Below are positions 19,234 to 29,265 of a stretch of DNA of 64,000 bases, piece after piece. Under the pieces are notes generated by a model, which was not told where the DNA came from, did no database searches, and was given only the letters and a program-made list of their open reading frames with translations. Origin of the DNA: an uncultured Gemmatimonadaceae bacterium (lineage in GTDB: Bacteria > Gemmatimonadota > Gemmatimonadetes > Gemmatimonadales > Gemmatimonadaceae); assembly GCA_963781585.1 (NCBI GenBank), contig CAWAGQ010000014.1, forward strand, positions 1 to 64,000, given 5' to 3'. How positions within the stretch are numbered: the stretch's first letter is position 1; each line of letters starts with the position of its first letter. Made by a program: the position numbers and the translations under genes.

Positions 19234-20061
19234 TCAGTCGCCGTACAGCCGCTTCCGCTCCGCGAGAATGACCGCCGGGTCGTTCGAGATGATCCCGTGG
19301 ACCCCTCGGCCCCAGAGACGTCCCGCCGTCGACGGGTCGTCGACCGTCCAGATGTGCACCAGGACTCCCGCGCCGCCTAACGCGCGGGCCAGCGCGCCCA
19401 CCGGCAGCGGGATGCCATGAAACACTTCTGGAATGCAGACCGTGTCCACGCCGGGCGTGCGGATCGGGAACCCCAGACCGGCCGTCACCAGCAGCCGCAT
19501 CAGGTCGCGGCGCGACGCGCCGATCGCGATTCCGGATCCCAGGAAGGGAACGAGCGCGCGGTGATCGAAGGCGGCCACCACGCAGCGATCCTGGGCGCGA
19601 TGCCGCTCGATGAGGGACCGTGTCCCCGACGAGGCGCGAGGGGTCTTGATCTCGATGAGCAGCGGGGTCGCGGGTAATGCGCCGAGCACCTCGTCCAGCG
19701 AGGGAACCGCGATGCCCAGGCCCGCGTAGGGAGTCGAAGCCCCGCCATCGGGAGAGAATCGTGCTCCCGCGTCGAGCCGGCTCAGGTCGTCGAACCTCAT
19801 CGTGGCCACCGCACCTCGGCCGCTGGTGGTGCGCTCCACCGTGGGGTCGTGAATGACGACGATCTGACCGTCGGCCGTGGCATGTACGTCGAATTCCAGC
19901 GCATCGACGCCTGACGCCAGCGCCTGCCGGAATGATTCGAGCGTGTTCTCGGGGGCGTGCGCGGCGTTGCCCCGATGGCCCACCACCGGACGCCGCGCGG
20001 AGTCGAGTAGGGGGTGTGTGCGTACACCCGCCGTGGGCCGGCGGTCACGGGACAGGGCCAT
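19234..20061 (-). CDS. Glycerophosphodiester phosphodiesterase
   Basis: VVGHRG, APENTLESF, LEFDVHATADG, VIHDPTVERTT, IEIK, HIWTVDD, GIISNDP; start placed at ATG 20061. Confidence 0.9.
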   Translation of the reverse strand: MALSRDRRPTAGVRTHPLLDSARRPVVGHRGNAAHAPENTLESFRQALASGVDALEFDVHATADGQIVVIHDPTVERTTSGRGAVATMRFDDLSRLDAGARFSPDGGASTPYAGLGIAVPSLDEVLGALPATPLLIEIKTPRASSGTRSLIERHRAQDRCVVAAFDHRALVPFLGSGIAIGASRRDLMRLLVTAGLGFPIRTPGVDTVCIPEVFHGIPLPVGALARALGGAGVLVHIWTVDDPSTAGRLWGRGVHGIISNDPAVILAERKRLYGD

Positions 20062-20069
20062 GCGGTTTT

Positions 20070-20118
20070 CCTCTTGCCTCTGGCCTTTGACCTCTGGCCT
20101 CTGGCCTCTGACCTCTAA
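20070..20118. repeat. Tandem heptamer array, 7 x CCTCTG(G/A)
   Basis: CCTCTTG CCTCTGG CCTTTGA CCTCTGG CCTCTGG CCTCTGA CCTCTAA fills the TBDR-glpQ junction. Confidence 0.85.
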
Positions 20119-23021
20119 AACTGATACTGCAGCCGCGTGACGACCATCCTCCCCAGCAGCGGCGTTCCCGGCATCGTCCGGTAGCCGTGATTCAGCAGGT
20201 TCTCCGCGTTCAGGGACCACAGCATTGAACCGCGCTTCGTGCGAAAGCGCTTGTTCACGCTGGCATCGACCAGGGTGGATGTGTGCACCCCTTCGTACCG
20301 GTAGTAGCCCGCGGTGCCCGGTTTCGGGAAATCGAAGTCCGACGCGAATACGCCCGAGTTCACCGGATAGGCGTTGATGTAGCGCCCCCGCACCTCGAAT
20401 CCCCAGCCCCGCGGTTCGTCCCGGAACTGCGCGCTCAGCGTGGCCTTGTCGTCCGGCGCATTGAGCATCAGCGGCAGCGAATTGCTGCTCACGACGCCGG
20501 GGAAGATCAGGTCGCTGACCCAGCTGTACGATCCCGAGAACGTCCAGTTGCTGTTGGCGACCAGGTCGGCCGCCAGGTCCACCCCCTTGACGGTGATCGT
20601 CTTGTTGTAGCTGGTGTACGTGGCGTACACATCGCGCGCGCTGGCGAACTGGTCGCTGTTGAAGCTCACGATGCCTAACGGGAGGGGGCCGAGGCCGCCG
20701 CTCCCGGCGATCGCGCCCGCGATCTGCGGCGCGAACACCTGCGCCGTGCCCTGGGCCTGCGCGGGGGACATGTTGAACGGCGGCTGCTGCAGCGCCCCGG
20801 TGATTGCCGGAATCAGCGCCGTCTGCATGAAGTTGTGCAGCGAGGTGGAGTCGAAGAACACGTTCGGGGTCGCCAGACCGGCCGGATTACCCACGTCACC
20901 GCGCTTCTCGCTCCAGGCGTCGATCGCCAGCCGCAGGTTGCGCCCGATGATTCCCTTGTAGCCCACTTCGTACGTGTTGTTGAACGAGGCCTTGATCGGG
21001 CCGATGTCGGTGATCTCGTCAGGCGACAGGTTGTGCGTCGACGCCAGGTAGTGCAGTTTCGTGTCGAGTTGCGCCGGCGTGGGCTGCAACTGCCCGAGGA
21101 AGGTCACCAGCTGCTGCGCCACTCCCTGGGCCGTCGCCGCCGGAACGCCCAACCCCGCCTGGATCCTGGGCGCCAGGCCGGCCACGATCGTGCTGGCGTT
21201 GCTCTGGATCGCCCCCTGATACGCGATCGCTGCCGACGCCGGCTGCCAGACCGTTTCCCCCGCCGGCCCGGTGAAGATCGTGCGCATGCAGAGGTTCCCG
21301 GCCGAGCCGCTACAGTCGCGGCGGAAGGTCCATCCCGTCTTCGGCGGATTGCCTAACGCCCTGATGTTGTACGGCGTCCCGAGGATGTTGCGGGCCTGAA
21401 TCAGATCGAGGAACCAGGTGAAGTTCGCCGGCGTCGAGAACGCACGGTTGTAGGTGAACCGCAGGTTGTGGTTCTCGGTCGGCTTGAAGACGATCGCGGC
21501 CCGCGGCGAGACCTGCTCGCCGTCGATCTGATCGTTGTTGTCCACCCGGAGGGCGGCCACCAGGTCCCACTTCGCCCCGAGATTCGTGGTCGACTGCACG
21601 TAGCCGCCGATCTCCCGGACGTTGTCGATACCCTCGTTCCGCCCGTTGATCGTGTTCCCCGTCCGCGGATTGGTGTAGATGTAGTCCAGGCCGTAGATGA
21701 AGTCCTGTCTGGTGCCAAGCGAGAGCCCGTGCTGGATCTGTGCCGCGTACACCCGCGACTGGTCCACGATCGGCTGCCCGCTGCGAAGCAGATAGGTGCC
21801 CTTCAGACTCAGGCTGTCCGGGTTCCCGGCGTCGCTGAAATTGGCGAACACCTGCGCGAACAGCCGCCCCACCCGCATCCGCTGCTGCGCGCTCACATAC
21901 CTCCAGTTCTTGGCCAGCGCGGTGCCGTTGGCGCCCGTGTATTCGAGGCCGCTCCCGATGTGCGAGAGGCCGACCGTCGTCACGTACTCGGCATTGGCCG
22001 CCGGACGCACGTCCATCCGCGCCTCCCCCGTATAACGCCTGAGCGCGAAATCGCGCACGTCGGGCTGGCCGCGGCGGCCCGGCGGCGCCGCATCCGGAAA
22101 TACCGCCGGCTCACCGGGATCGTGATACTCCCAGTCGGACGCCGTGAGGAACTCCCCCGAGAGCTTGAACGCCACCTTCGGCGTCACGATCGTCGCGAAC
22201 CGCGCCGAGCCGCGCAGCAGCGACCGGTTCCCCCCGTCGATCGTGAGCGTCGTTCCCTCCGACTCGAACGGGGACTTGGTGATGACGTGCAGGACCCCGT
22301 GCGAGCTGTTGGGGCCGTAGAGCGCCGACGCCGGCCCGAGCAGCACCTCCACCCGCTCGATGTCCTCGTTCGAGGCCGTGAACAGGAGGGGTACGTTCAC
22401 GCGCAGCGATGGCACCGCCGCGAACCGATAGTCCTGCAGGGTGAGAATCGATCCCGAGAACGCGTTGTTGAACCCGCGCGCCACGATGTTGGACTGCGCG
22501 ATGCCGCCGCGGCTGATGTCCACCCCGGCCAGTCCCTCGAGATGGTCGGCTACCGTCACCGACGGCTGCTCCTCGATCTTCCGCACGTCCACCACCGACA
22601 CCGACGCCGGCGCCGACAGCGCCTTCTCCTCCCTGCGCGATGCTGTGGTCACGACCGGATTCAGTTCGGTGACCGTCTCGCGCATCTGCAGGTTCACCGT
22701 CGCGCTGCCGCCGGCCGTCACCGAAACCCTTTCCTGCCGCTGGGGGACGAAGCCGATCCGCAGCGCCACCACCTCGTAGGTACCCACCGGAACGTTCGTT
22801 AGGCGATAGGCGCCGTCGTCGGCCGTGAGCGCCGACGCGGCCACGGAGGTGCCCGACAGCGCGCGCACCTGGGCGCCCGCCACCGGCATGCCCGACTGCA
22901 GGTCGGTCACCGTGCCCGTGATCGTCCCCGTCTGCTGGGCTCCGATCGGGACGGCCGTCGCCGCGACCAGCAATGCCGGCGCCAGCAACAGGAGACCGCG
23001 GATACGCGAGAAGGGCGACAT
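20115..23021 (-). CDS. TonB-dependent receptor with N-terminal carboxypeptidase-regulatory-like domain
   Basis: Signal peptide, GTITGTVTD, VVTTASRREE, IERVEVLLGPASALYG plug motif, ENLLN, C-terminal YQF. Confidence 0.92.
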   Translation of the reverse strand: MSPFSRIRGLLLLAPALLVAATAVPIGAQQTGTITGTVTDLQSGMPVAGAQVRALSGTSVAASALTADDGAYRLTNVPVGTYEVVALRIGFVPQRQERVSVTAGGSATVNLQMRETVTELNPVVTTASRREEKALSAPASVSVVDVRKIEEQPSVTVADHLEGLAGVDISRGGIAQSNIVARGFNNAFSGSILTLQDYRFAAVPSLRVNVPLLFTASNEDIERVEVLLGPASALYGPNSSHGVLHVITKSPFESEGTTLTIDGGNRSLLRGSARFATIVTPKVAFKLSGEFLTASDWEYHDPGEPAVFPDAAPPGRRGQPDVRDFALRRYTGEARMDVRPAANAEYVTTVGLSHIGSGLEYTGANGTALAKNWRYVSAQQRMRVGRLFAQVFANFSDAGNPDSLSLKGTYLLRSGQPIVDQSRVYAAQIQHGLSLGTRQDFIYGLDYIYTNPRTGNTINGRNEGIDNVREIGGYVQSTTNLGAKWDLVAALRVDNNDQIDGEQVSPRAAIVFKPTENHNLRFTYNRAFSTPANFTWFLDLIQARNILGTPYNIRALGNPPKTGWTFRRDCSGSAGNLCMRTIFTGPAGETVWQPASAAIAYQGAIQSNASTIVAGLAPRIQAGLGVPAATAQGVAQQLVTFLGQLQPTPAQLDTKLHYLASTHNLSPDEITDIGPIKASFNNTYEVGYKGIIGRNLRLAIDAWSEKRGDVGNPAGLATPNVFFDSTSLHNFMQTALIPAITGALQQPPFNMSPAQAQGTAQVFAPQIAGAIAGSGGLGPLPLGIVSFNSDQFASARDVYATYTSYNKTITVKGVDLAADLVANSNWTFSGSYSWVSDLIFPGVVSSNSLPLMLNAPDDKATLSAQFRDEPRGWGFEVRGRYINAYPVNSGVFASDFDFPKPGTAGYYRYEGVHTSTLVDASVNKRFRTKRGSMLWSLNAENLLNHGYRTMPGTPLLGRMVVTRLQYQF

Positions 23022-23158
23022 CGTGACCTCGGCGTGAAAAGAGGGAATTCGCTCAGCGGCGACGAAGATACGGTTGCGCCGACAGCCTCCGCCATATCAA
23101 CTATCCGGACAGGCCAGAATAGCGGAGCGCCGCATTCGGCATTGTCGAAACTCGTGCG

Positions 23159-23689
23159 ATGTCACCCCTGTTCGACACCGGTAACCGTTCCCTCCGTCTT
23201 GTCGCCGCCAGCCTCGGCGCCACGCTCTTCGCGTTCGTTTCGTCACGCGCCAGCGCGCAGCCTGCCCAACAGGTCCTCCTTCGTCAGCTCTACAACGACC
23301 TGGCGGTCGAGGTGACCACCGCTGACGCGGGTGGCCTTCACGTAGCAGCGGCCGACTCAGCCCGGTCCATTGCCCTGTCCCTTCTGGCACGCGATCTGAC
23401 ACGCTGGACCGACTCCGCCAGTCGCATCCTCGCTGCGCGACCACGCCGGGGAAAGCCAACCACGCACCTGAGGGCGGCAATCGAAGAACCGGGTGTCAGA
23501 TCCGGATCCCTCACGCTATCACGCGACCTGGGCACCGAAGAGAACGCCATCGTCCTGTTCGTGGCCGATGGCGACCTCCATAGCGTCCAGACGGCGCTCG
23601 ATCCGGCGCAGGCGCGCGCCCTTGTCGGAGCGCTCCGGCGCGCCGCGCAGACCGTGCAGCGAGCGGCGCGCGCGAAGAAACCAGACTAG
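23159..23689 (+). CDS. Hypothetical exported protein
   Basis: 176-aa ORF with a signal-peptide-like N-terminus (ASA-Q); no family recognised. Confidence 0.5.
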   Translation: MSPLFDTGNRSLRLVAASLGATLFAFVSSRASAQPAQQVLLRQLYNDLAVEVTTADAGGLHVAAADSARSIALSLLARDLTRWTDSASRILAARPRRGKPTTHLRAAIEEPGVRSGSLTLSRDLGTEENAIVLFVADGDLHSVQTALDPAQARALVGALRRAAQTVQRAARAKKPD

Positions 23690-23880
23690 TCCTGCAGGAT
23701 CGTCAGCAGCGCGACCGCGACAAAGGTCGCCACTACACCGAGGAGCAGCCAAAGCTGGCGGCGGGAGACCGGAGTACGACGCTCCCGCGTGCGGACGCTC
23801 TGGTCCAGAATCGGCGCGCCGCCTCCCGCGCCGAGGGGGCGGGGAAGCTCAGGTCGTCGCTGACGGCGAAAATGGGCCAA
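23686..23880 (-). CDS. Small hypothetical protein with a C-terminal TM helix (start uncertain)
   Basis: RRQLWLLLGVVATFVAVALLTILQD; the frame stays open upstream of TTG 23880. Confidence 0.35.
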   Translation of the reverse strand: MAHFRRQRRPELPRPLGAGGGAPILDQSVRTRERRTPVSRRQLWLLLGVVATFVAVALLTILQD

Positions 23881-23977
23881 GGCTTTGCCGGGTGAGGATA
23901 GGCGGCCACCGACCAGCTTCGGGGCCGCTTCGCAGTCCGAATCATCAAGGAGTAGCTCGGGAACCAGCGTGATCCGC

Positions 23978-24035
23978 CAGCGCCGGCGATTCCGTCGGTC
24001 TTCCTTCAGCGCGGGCGATTCCGTCGACCTTCCTT
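23978..24035. repeat. 29-bp tandem duplication (26/29 identical)
   Basis: CAGCGCCGGCGATTCCGTCGGTCTTCCTT followed by CAGCGCGGGCGATTCCGTCGACCTTCCTT. Confidence 0.85.
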
Positions 24036-24132
24036 TCCTCCGGACTGCGGAACAGGGCCCGAGGTTTCTGCTTGTGCTGTGGCGCGAACCCCACGCTCGC
24101 GCCCCGGGTGCTCCACTGTAGTTTCACCGCGC

Positions 24133-25461
24133 ATGCCACCATCCGGACGTCCGCCCCCGCCTTCTTCCACATCCCCAGCCTCGCCGTCGTCTCACCGGCC
24201 CCCAATCCCCCACCTTTCGGGCCCGCGGCACAATCCATACGCGGCGCTCAGTCAGCGAGCCTTCCGCTGGTTCCTGGTGAGCCTGCTCACAATGACCGTT
24301 GGCACGCAGGTGCAGGCGGTGGTGGTGGGGTGGCAAGTCTACCAGATCACGCACGACCCGTTTGCGCTGGGCCTGATCGGATTGGCCGAAGTGGTGCCTT
24401 ACGTGAGCGTGGCACTGTTCGCGGGCTACCTGGTGGACCGGAACGACCGCCGCGCCGTGTCGCTCGCGGCCCTCGGTGTCCTCGTGGTCGCGGGGATCGC
24501 CCTCTTCGCGATCAACCTGCCGAGCGGTCCGCCACATCGGGTGTGGCCGTACTACGTCGTGATCGCGACGTGCGGCGTCGCCAGAAGCTTTCTCCAGACG
24601 TCCCGGAGCGCGCTGATCGCCGAGATTGTGCCGCGCGAGCACTTCGCCAACGCGGCCACCTGGCGCAGCTCCACCTGGCAGCTCGGCACGGTGCTGGGTC
24701 CGGCACTGGGCGGACTGCTGTTCGGGGCGTTCGGAGCGCGCGTGGCGTTCGGGGTCAACATTGTCATTTCGGGCTCCGCGCTCGGTGCGATGACCCTGCT
24801 GCGCCACACCCCGACGCCGATCGCCATGAGTGCCGCGTCGCTCCGGCGGAACCTGGCCGATGGGGTGCGCTTCGTGCTTCGCGAGCGCGTGATTCTCGGC
24901 GCCATCACGCTCGACCTGCTGGCGGTGTTCTTCGGGGGCGCAGTGGCCATGCTGCCGGTCTATGCGTCCGACATTCTGCGCGTCGGCCCGCAGGGACTGG
25001 GCGTGCTCCAGGCTGCGCCGGGGATGGGCGCCGTAGTCATGGCTGTCTACATCGCGCATCGCCGTCCGTTCAGACATGCCGGTCCAACACTCCTCGTCGC
25101 GGTGGCCGTCTTCGGTGTGGCCATGGTCTCATTCGCCGTGTCGAAGACTTTCCTCTTCTCGGTTGCGATGCTGGCGTTGAGCGGCGCTGCGGACAATATC
25201 AGTGCGGTGATCCGCTCCACACTCCTGCAGGTCCTGGTGCCCGCGGAGATGCTGGGCCGCGTCTCGGCGGTGAACGCCATGTTCATCGGCAGCTCGAACG
25301 AGCTGGGGGCGTTCGAGAGCGGCGTGGCCGCACGACTCTTCGGCGTCGTGCCGTCCGTGCTGATCGGAGGGACGATGACGCTCGTGACCGTGGCGGTGAT
25401 CTCGTGGAAGGTGCGGGAAGTGCGGGCGCTGGGCGAGATAGGCCGGTCGGGCGACAGTTGA
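24133..25461 (+). CDS. MFS transporter (EntS/DHA3-like)
   Basis: About 12 TM segments; ALFAGYLVDRNDRR, LGPALGG, LDLLAVFFGG, IGSSNELGAFESG. Confidence 0.88.
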   Translation: MPPSGRPPPPSSTSPASPSSHRPPIPHLSGPRHNPYAALSQRAFRWFLVSLLTMTVGTQVQAVVVGWQVYQITHDPFALGLIGLAEVVPYVSVALFAGYLVDRNDRRAVSLAALGVLVVAGIALFAINLPSGPPHRVWPYYVVIATCGVARSFLQTSRSALIAEIVPREHFANAATWRSSTWQLGTVLGPALGGLLFGAFGARVAFGVNIVISGSALGAMTLLRHTPTPIAMSAASLRRNLADGVRFVLRERVILGAITLDLLAVFFGGAVAMLPVYASDILRVGPQGLGVLQAAPGMGAVVMAVYIAHRRPFRHAGPTLLVAVAVFGVAMVSFAVSKTFLFSVAMLALSGAADNISAVIRSTLLQVLVPAEMLGRVSAVNAMFIGSSNELGAFESGVAARLFGVVPSVLIGGTMTLVTVAVISWKVREVRALGEIGRSGDS

Positions 25462-25563
25462 CGCGTTTGCGCCCCCGACCATCGGCTCACCGGGGTCGCT
25501 GCTCGCCGATAGCCGCCTGCTGACTACCGCCGGATCTACGTGCCAGCGGTCGACTGCAAACCG

Positions 25564-26952
25564 TCAACTCGCCGCCCTCGGCGACTCCATGCCCGTGATC
25601 GCAATACGCTCTCCCCTGGGCAGCCGCAGGCGCGCCACGCACCCGCGTCCCTCGCCGCGATCCTCCAGCGTCACCATGCCGCCGTGGGCTTCGGCAATCT
25701 GGCGGCAGAGCACCAGTCCGATGCCGGAGCCTTCGGGCTTCGTCGTGAAGAACGGCACGAAGAGGTTGGTCGTGTTTGGCAAGCCCGGTCCTTCGTCCCA
25801 GACTCGCACCTGCACGCTCCCCTCGTCGGCGATCCAGTCGATGTCCACGCCACCATCGGTCGTCAGCGCGGCGTCGGCCGCGTTGCGCACGAGGTTGATG
25901 AGCGCCTGATCGAGCTGATCGCCGTCGGCGCGGATGGTCATTTCCGGGCCGCCTCGTACGTTCACGGCCAGCCGCGTCTCGAGGGCGGCCACGCGTCGCA
26001 CCCAGGGCCCAACGGCCACGTTCTGCCGCCGCGGTGCCGGGAGCCGGGCCAGTCGTGCATACGATGACATGAAGCGGGACAGGGCCTCGGAGCGGGTTCC
26101 GATCACGCCCAGTCCGCGGCGCAGATCGTCGAGCGCGTCCGCGCCCGGCGCGGCACGCTCCACCAGCGCCTGAAGGCTCCCCGCGATGGACTTGATGGGA
26201 GCGAGCGAGTTGTTGATCTCGTGGCTCAGAACGCGCACCAGCCGCTGCCAGGCGATCAGCTCCTCCTCGCGCAGCGTCTTGCTCACGTCGGACACGACCA
26301 ACATGGTGTGCGGCCGACCGTCCTGCCGGAACGTCGCGCGACGGACCTCCCACCGCCCGCTTCCCCCGGGGAACACGGAGTCGTACACGCGCGGGGAGCT
26401 CTCCGACAGCATCGGCGCCAGGCCGAGTGCCTTGGCCGAGCGTCCGGCGAGGCGCTCGAAGGGCTGGCCGAGCAAACGCACGCCGGCGCGGTTGGCGAGG
26501 CGGAGCGAATCCTGACCGTCGAACGCAAAGATCGCCACGTCGATTTCGGCCATCACGGCGCGCAGGAGGGCCGTGGCTTCCATCGCCCCAAGGCGCTGCG
26601 AGCGGAGGGTATCGCCCAGCAGGTTGATCTCGAGCAGCGCCAGCCCGAGGGCATCGTCGGACCGGTCCATCCGGGCGCGCAGCGAAAAATCTCCTTCGCG
26701 CAGGGCAGCCAGCATGTTGGACAGGGTTTGCAACGGGCGGATCACCCGTTCGCGCAGCGACAGCGCCACGATCAGCCACGCGCCAGCCACCAGCACGCCC
26801 ACGGTCCACACCACCTTCGCGCTGTGCTGTCCCCTCAGCAGCAGCACGAACGTGGCCACCACGCCGGGCAAGCCGGCGCCTAACGCCAGCAGAAAGACGC
26901 GGCGTTCATGCGCCAGCCGGTGGCGGGTGGGCCGGTCCTCCGGCGGCGTCAT
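25564..26952 (-). CDS. Sensor histidine kinase (NtrY-like; TM-HAMP-PAS-HisKA-HATPase)
   Basis: LSHEINNSLAPI, LINLVRNA, DEGPG, FVPFFTTKPEGSGIGL. Confidence 0.93.
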   Translation of the reverse strand: MTPPEDRPTRHRLAHERRVFLLALGAGLPGVVATFVLLLRGQHSAKVVWTVGVLVAGAWLIVALSLRERVIRPLQTLSNMLAALREGDFSLRARMDRSDDALGLALLEINLLGDTLRSQRLGAMEATALLRAVMAEIDVAIFAFDGQDSLRLANRAGVRLLGQPFERLAGRSAKALGLAPMLSESSPRVYDSVFPGGSGRWEVRRATFRQDGRPHTMLVVSDVSKTLREEELIAWQRLVRVLSHEINNSLAPIKSIAGSLQALVERAAPGADALDDLRRGLGVIGTRSEALSRFMSSYARLARLPAPRRQNVAVGPWVRRVAALETRLAVNVRGGPEMTIRADGDQLDQALINLVRNAADAALTTDGGVDIDWIADEGSVQVRVWDEGPGLPNTTNLFVPFFTTKPEGSGIGLVLCRQIAEAHGGMVTLEDRGEGRGCVARLRLPRGERIAITGMESPRAAS

Positions 26953-28304
26953 TCGACCTTCAGGCCTTCCAGGCGGCGGTAGAGGGCGCTCCGGCTCAAT
27001 CCCAGGGCGCGGGCCGCGTGCGAGACGTTTCCGCCGAAGCGGTCGAGGGCCCGGCGGATGAGCAGCTTCTCGGCCTCATCGAGCGTCATATCCTCGAAAC
27101 GTGGCGCCGCCGTCGCGCCGTCGCGAAGACCGAGATCGATCGGACGGACCTGCTCCCCCTGCGCCAGCAGCACAGCGCGTTCGATGGCGTGTCCGAGCTC
27201 CCTCACGTTGCCCGGCCACGAATGCTCCAGCATCGCCTGCATCGCCGGCGGATCGAAACCAGCCACGCGCTTCCGGTACCGGCCGGCGAAGTGGTGCAGA
27301 TACTCCTGGGCCAGCGCGGCGATGTCCTCGCGGCGTTCACGGAGCGGGGGCAGATGGATGTGGATCGTATTGAGCCGGAACAGCAGGTCCTCGCGGAACC
27401 GTCCCGACTGTATCTCCTCCTGCACATCGGCGTTGGTGGCGGAGAGCACGCGCACGTTCACACGGTGGATGCGTGACGACCCCACCCGTTCCACTTCGCC
27501 CGATTGCAGCACCCGCAGGAGCTTGGCCTGCTGTGCCGACGTGATGTTCGCGATCTCGTCCAGGAACAGGGTGCCGGCGTCGGCCAGCTCGAAACGGCCG
27601 ATCCGGTCCATCTTGGCGTCGGTGAATGCCCCCTTCACGTGGCCGAACAGCTCGCTCTCGAACACGCCCTCGCTCAGTCCGCCCATGTTCACCGCCACGA
27701 ACGGGCGCGACGCGCGGGGCGACGAGGCGTGCAGCCGCTGCGCCACCAGCTCCTTGCCCGTCCCGTGCTCCCCGGTGATCAGGACGTTGGCGTCCGACGG
27801 TCCCACGCGCTCGATCAACTGCAGCACCGGCCGCATGCGGGGCGACTCGGCGATCATCTTCGGGAGCGCCCCGCCGCGCAGGGCCTGATTCTCGCTCTCC
27901 AGACGCTGGCTGCGGCGGAGGGCGCGCCCGAGTTCCACCGCGTTGCGTACGATGGCGAGCAGGCGCGCGTTGTCCCACGGTTTTTCGACATAATCGTATG
28001 CGCCACGCCGCATCGCCTCGACTGCCGTGTCGATGCTCGCCCATGCGGTCATGACCACCACCTGGAGCGTCGAGTCGAGTACCGGGATCTTCTGGAGCAG
28101 GTCAAGGCCTTCCCGGCCGGATGTCGTGTCGCGCGCGTAATTGAGGTCCATCACCAGGGCGTCGAAATCCTTCGCCTGCAGCGCGGACAACACTTCGTTC
28201 GGCGATCGTGCGGTCTCCAGCTCGTATCCCTCGCCCTTGAGGAGGAGGCGCAGGGCCTCCAGCACGTCCGCCTGATCGTCGGCGAGCAGGAGGCGCGACG
28301 GCAC
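26949..28304 (-). CDS. Sigma-54-dependent response regulator (NtrC family)
   Basis: REC domain (LLADD, MDLN), [31 protein letters not shown], Fis-type HTH. Confidence 0.95.
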   Translation of the reverse strand: MPSRLLLADDQADVLEALRLLLKGEGYELETARSPNEVLSALQAKDFDALVMDLNYARDTTSGREGLDLLQKIPVLDSTLQVVVMTAWASIDTAVEAMRRGAYDYVEKPWDNARLLAIVRNAVELGRALRRSQRLESENQALRGGALPKMIAESPRMRPVLQLIERVGPSDANVLITGEHGTGKELVAQRLHASSPRASRPFVAVNMGGLSEGVFESELFGHVKGAFTDAKMDRIGRFELADAGTLFLDEIANITSAQQAKLLRVLQSGEVERVGSSRIHRVNVRVLSATNADVQEEIQSGRFREDLLFRLNTIHIHLPPLRERREDIAALAQEYLHHFAGRYRKRVAGFDPPAMQAMLEHSWPGNVRELGHAIERAVLLAQGEQVRPIDLGLRDGATAAPRFEDMTLDEAEKLLIRRALDRFGGNVSHAARALGLSRSALYRRLEGLKVE

Positions 28305-28329
28305 GATCAGACTCGTCGGTGCGCGCCCG

Positions 28330-29070
28330 TCATCGCGTTCTCCGGTCTTCCACGATCCAGCCGTCGCGCAGGGTGATGATGCGGCTCCCGGCCGCCGCGT
28401 TCTCCTCGGAGTGCGTCACCTGCACGATCGTGGTCCCCTGCGTGTTGAGCGCCGTGAACAGCTCCATGATCTCGCGGGCCTGCGACGAGTGCAGGTTGCC
28501 CGTGGGCTCGTCCGCGAGCAGCAGGGTGGGCCGCGCGATCACGGCCCGGGCAACGCCGACCAGCTGCTGCTGGCCTCCCGACAGCTGGCGCGGGTACAGG
28601 TCCTTCTTGCCCACGATCTGGAATCGGTCGAGGGCGTCGGCCACGATCGACGCCCGTTCTTCCTTGGGCACGTTGCGGTACGAGAGGGGCACGTCCAGGT
28701 TCTCGGCCACCGTGAGGTCGTCGAGCAGATGGTACTGCTGGAAGACGAAACCGATGTGACGGCGGTTGAGGGCGAGCCGCTCCTTGTTGGCCAGGCGGTG
28801 GACCAGACTGCCCCGGAAGACGTATTCGCCGGTCCACGCGCCGTCGAACATCCCGAGGATGGCGAGGAGGGTGGACTTGCCCGCACCCGACGGGCCCATG
28901 ATGGTGATGAACTCCCCGGGCGATACGTCGAAGGTGATGCGCCGCAGGATGTAGATCCGGCCGGCGGGGGAATCGAGGAACTTCTCCATGCCGCGCAGCG
29001 ACGCCACCGGACCGGTGAGCGGGGCTTCGTTAGGTTCGGCGAGCGCGGCGGACGTCTTGAATGGCCACAT
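28330..29070 (-). CDS. ABC transporter ATP-binding protein (MacB/LolD-like), copy 2
   Basis: [29 protein letters not shown]; start ATG 29070 (the ORF-track extension is repeat-derived). Confidence 0.92.
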   Translation of the reverse strand: MWPFKTSAALAEPNEAPLTGPVASLRGMEKFLDSPAGRIYILRRITFDVSPGEFITIMGPSGAGKSTLLAILGMFDGAWTGEYVFRGSLVHRLANKERLALNRRHIGFVFQQYHLLDDLTVAENLDVPLSYRNVPKEERASIVADALDRFQIVGKKDLYPRQLSGGQQQLVGVARAVIARPTLLLADEPTGNLHSSQAREIMELFTALNTQGTTIVQVTHSEENAAAGSRIITLRDGWIVEDRRTR

Positions 29071-29077
29071 GACGGCA

Positions 29078-29141
29078 GGTCGGAGATCGGGAAACCACAG
29101 GTCAGAGGTCGGAGGCCAGAGGTCGGAGACCAGAGGCCGGA
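29078..29141. repeat. Tandem heptamer array, GG(T/C)C(A/G)GA
   Basis: GGTCAGA GGTCGGA GGCCAGA GGTCGGA GACCAGA GGCCGGA (29100-29141) plus degenerate units from 29078; reverse complement of the 20070 array consensus. Confidence 0.85.
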
Positions 29142-29265
29142 TCGCTATGGGAACTTGCCCCCACACCACTGCATTTGCCATCCCGGGTGACGACTTCCGG
29201 GCAGGCGCCGCTGTGTCGGTGCCCCGGCAATGGCACGAGGGACCGGAGCAGCCACGTCGCCATTG

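Noticed and set aside
23978..24035. 29-bp repeat or heptamer arrays as a CRISPR array
   Set aside because: The units are directly adjacent with no spacers, and there are no cas genes.
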